This document shows positions 63,092 through 64,000 of a DNA stretch of 64,000 nt, one piece after another (position 1 is the first letter of the stretch; each line of letters starts with the position of its first letter). The notes under the pieces are model-generated. The model saw only the letters and a program-made list of their open reading frames with translations, did not search any database and had not been told where the DNA came from. The DNA is taken from NCBI GenBank assembly GCA_026982895.1, contig JALWQW010000019.1, positions 16,500 to 80,499 of the forward strand, in the 5' to 3' direction. Origin of the DNA: Candidatus Micrarchaeota archaeon. GTDB lineage: Archaea; Micrarchaeota; Micrarchaeia; Anstonellales; J096. The position numbers and the translations under genes were made by a program.

Positions 63092-64000
63092 GTGCGCAGC
63101 ACCTCTACTTTTGTAGAGTCTGTTTTCATTTCTCCTCTTTTGAAGAGATATATCCTTCCTAATTCTCCTCTCTTTAGCCTTTCGTCATGGGTTATTATGA
63201 AAAATTGATTGACGACCTTTGGCAGCTCTTTTCTAACGAGCTCCGCGAATTGGTCTATTGCTCTCTCGTCTAAATTATGTGTTGGTTCGTCTAGTATGAG
63301 CCAGCTTAGCCTCTCTGTTAGTATAAAGCTCATGGCTACTCTTAGGGCAATAGCAAAGGTTGTTAATTCACCACCACTGGCTACCTTCTCTATAGCAATC
63401 CAATCCACTCCATTATAGACAAAGAAATTGTAGCCTTTACTGTCAGCCTCTATTTTAACAGTTGTGTAATCGTTGTAGGGATAGAGTATCTGCCAAAAAT
63501 CATTTATGGCCTTATTCAATGCTTCTACAACTATATCTCTCTTGAATTTTTGGAATAGGAGAAGTGTGTCTTTTATTTTTTCTAGCTCTATCGAAGCTAT
63601 CTCTATCTTTTCTAACTCCTTTTTTGTTTTTTCTATTTTGTTTAAATGCTCTTGCAGCGTTTTGCTGTGGGCGAAGAGTTCTTTCAAGCGTTGTTCAATT
63701 CCATTATACTCATTTTCCAATACCCTTATCTCCGCGTGTTTCTTGCCCTCTTCCTCTCGTAATTTATTCAATTCATCTTTATTGTATTGAACTTTGCCGA
63801 TTGCTTCATTTACATCCTTGAGCCTTTTTTCGCTCTCCTCTAATCGTTTTTTCTTTTTAATCCACTCATCAATATTCGCTATTTTAGCTCTTAATTCGCT
63901 TCTCCTATCCATTAATTCTCGCTCTTCGCTTTGCATTTCTTCCTTTTTCTTTCTCATCTTGTCTAGGGCTTTTTTCAATTCTTCCTCGTCAATATCCTTC
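63088..64000 (-). CDS. rad50: Rad50/SMC-family ATPase, C-terminal part (5' end beyond the window)
   Basis: Coiled coil, signature ASGGE, Walker B LILDEPT..LD, ITHD. Frame stays open to the window edge. Confidence 0.88.
   Translation of the reverse strand, partial: KDIDEEELKKALDKMRKKKEEMQSEERELMDRRSELRAKIANIDEWIKKKKRLEESEKRLKDVNEAIGKVQYNKDELNKLREEEGKKHAEIRVLENEYNGIEQRLKELFAHSKTLQEHLNKIEKTKKELEKIEIASIELEKIKDTLLLFQKFKRDIVVEALNKAINDFWQILYPYNDYTTVKIEADSKGYNFFVYNGVDWIAIEKVASGGELTTFAIALRVAMSFILTERLSWLILDEPTHNLDERAIDQFAELVRKELPKVVNQFFIITHDERLKRGELGRIYLFKRGEMKTDSTKVEVLRT

Overview
An archaeal chromosomal window. The mix of divergent core genes and many orphans suggests a DPANN lineage, possibly Micrarchaeota-like, but that is inference and no phylogeny was run. 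Core content: the exosome superoperon (sdo1-rrp4-rrp41-rrp42-rpl37ae-rpo12-pcc1-pfdB-DHH), ftsZ-secE-spt5, rpl44e-rps27e-eif2a-nop10-PAC2, rpl1-rplP0-rpl12, ileS, lhr, xth, pyrH, fibrillarin, dph5, DRG GTPase, pheA plus an aminotransferase, ilvE, malic enzyme and a partial rad50. There are five tRNAs: Met-CAT with a 68-nt intron, Thr-TGT, Ser-CGA, Pro-CGG and Arg-CCT. I found four genes missing from the ORF track: rpl40e, rps27e, rpo12 and an edge-truncated transglutaminase-like gene. No rRNA, CRISPR array, transposase or integrase was seen. Most notable observations: (1) a twin-arginine-signal lytic transglycosylase (SLT) with LysM domains, i.e. a peptidoglycan-attacking architecture in an archaeon, convergent on a 1225-aa secreted protein with an outer-membrane-beta-barrel-like C-terminal half; (2) an 884-aa pentatricopeptide-repeat-like protein between two tRNAs; (3) a tRNA-Met intron that appears to carry a box C/D guide for its own wobble C34; (4) a cysteine-free Rpo12; (5) a triple excisionase-type HTH protein next to an array of four palindromes. 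All family calls come from motif recognition by eye, not database searches.
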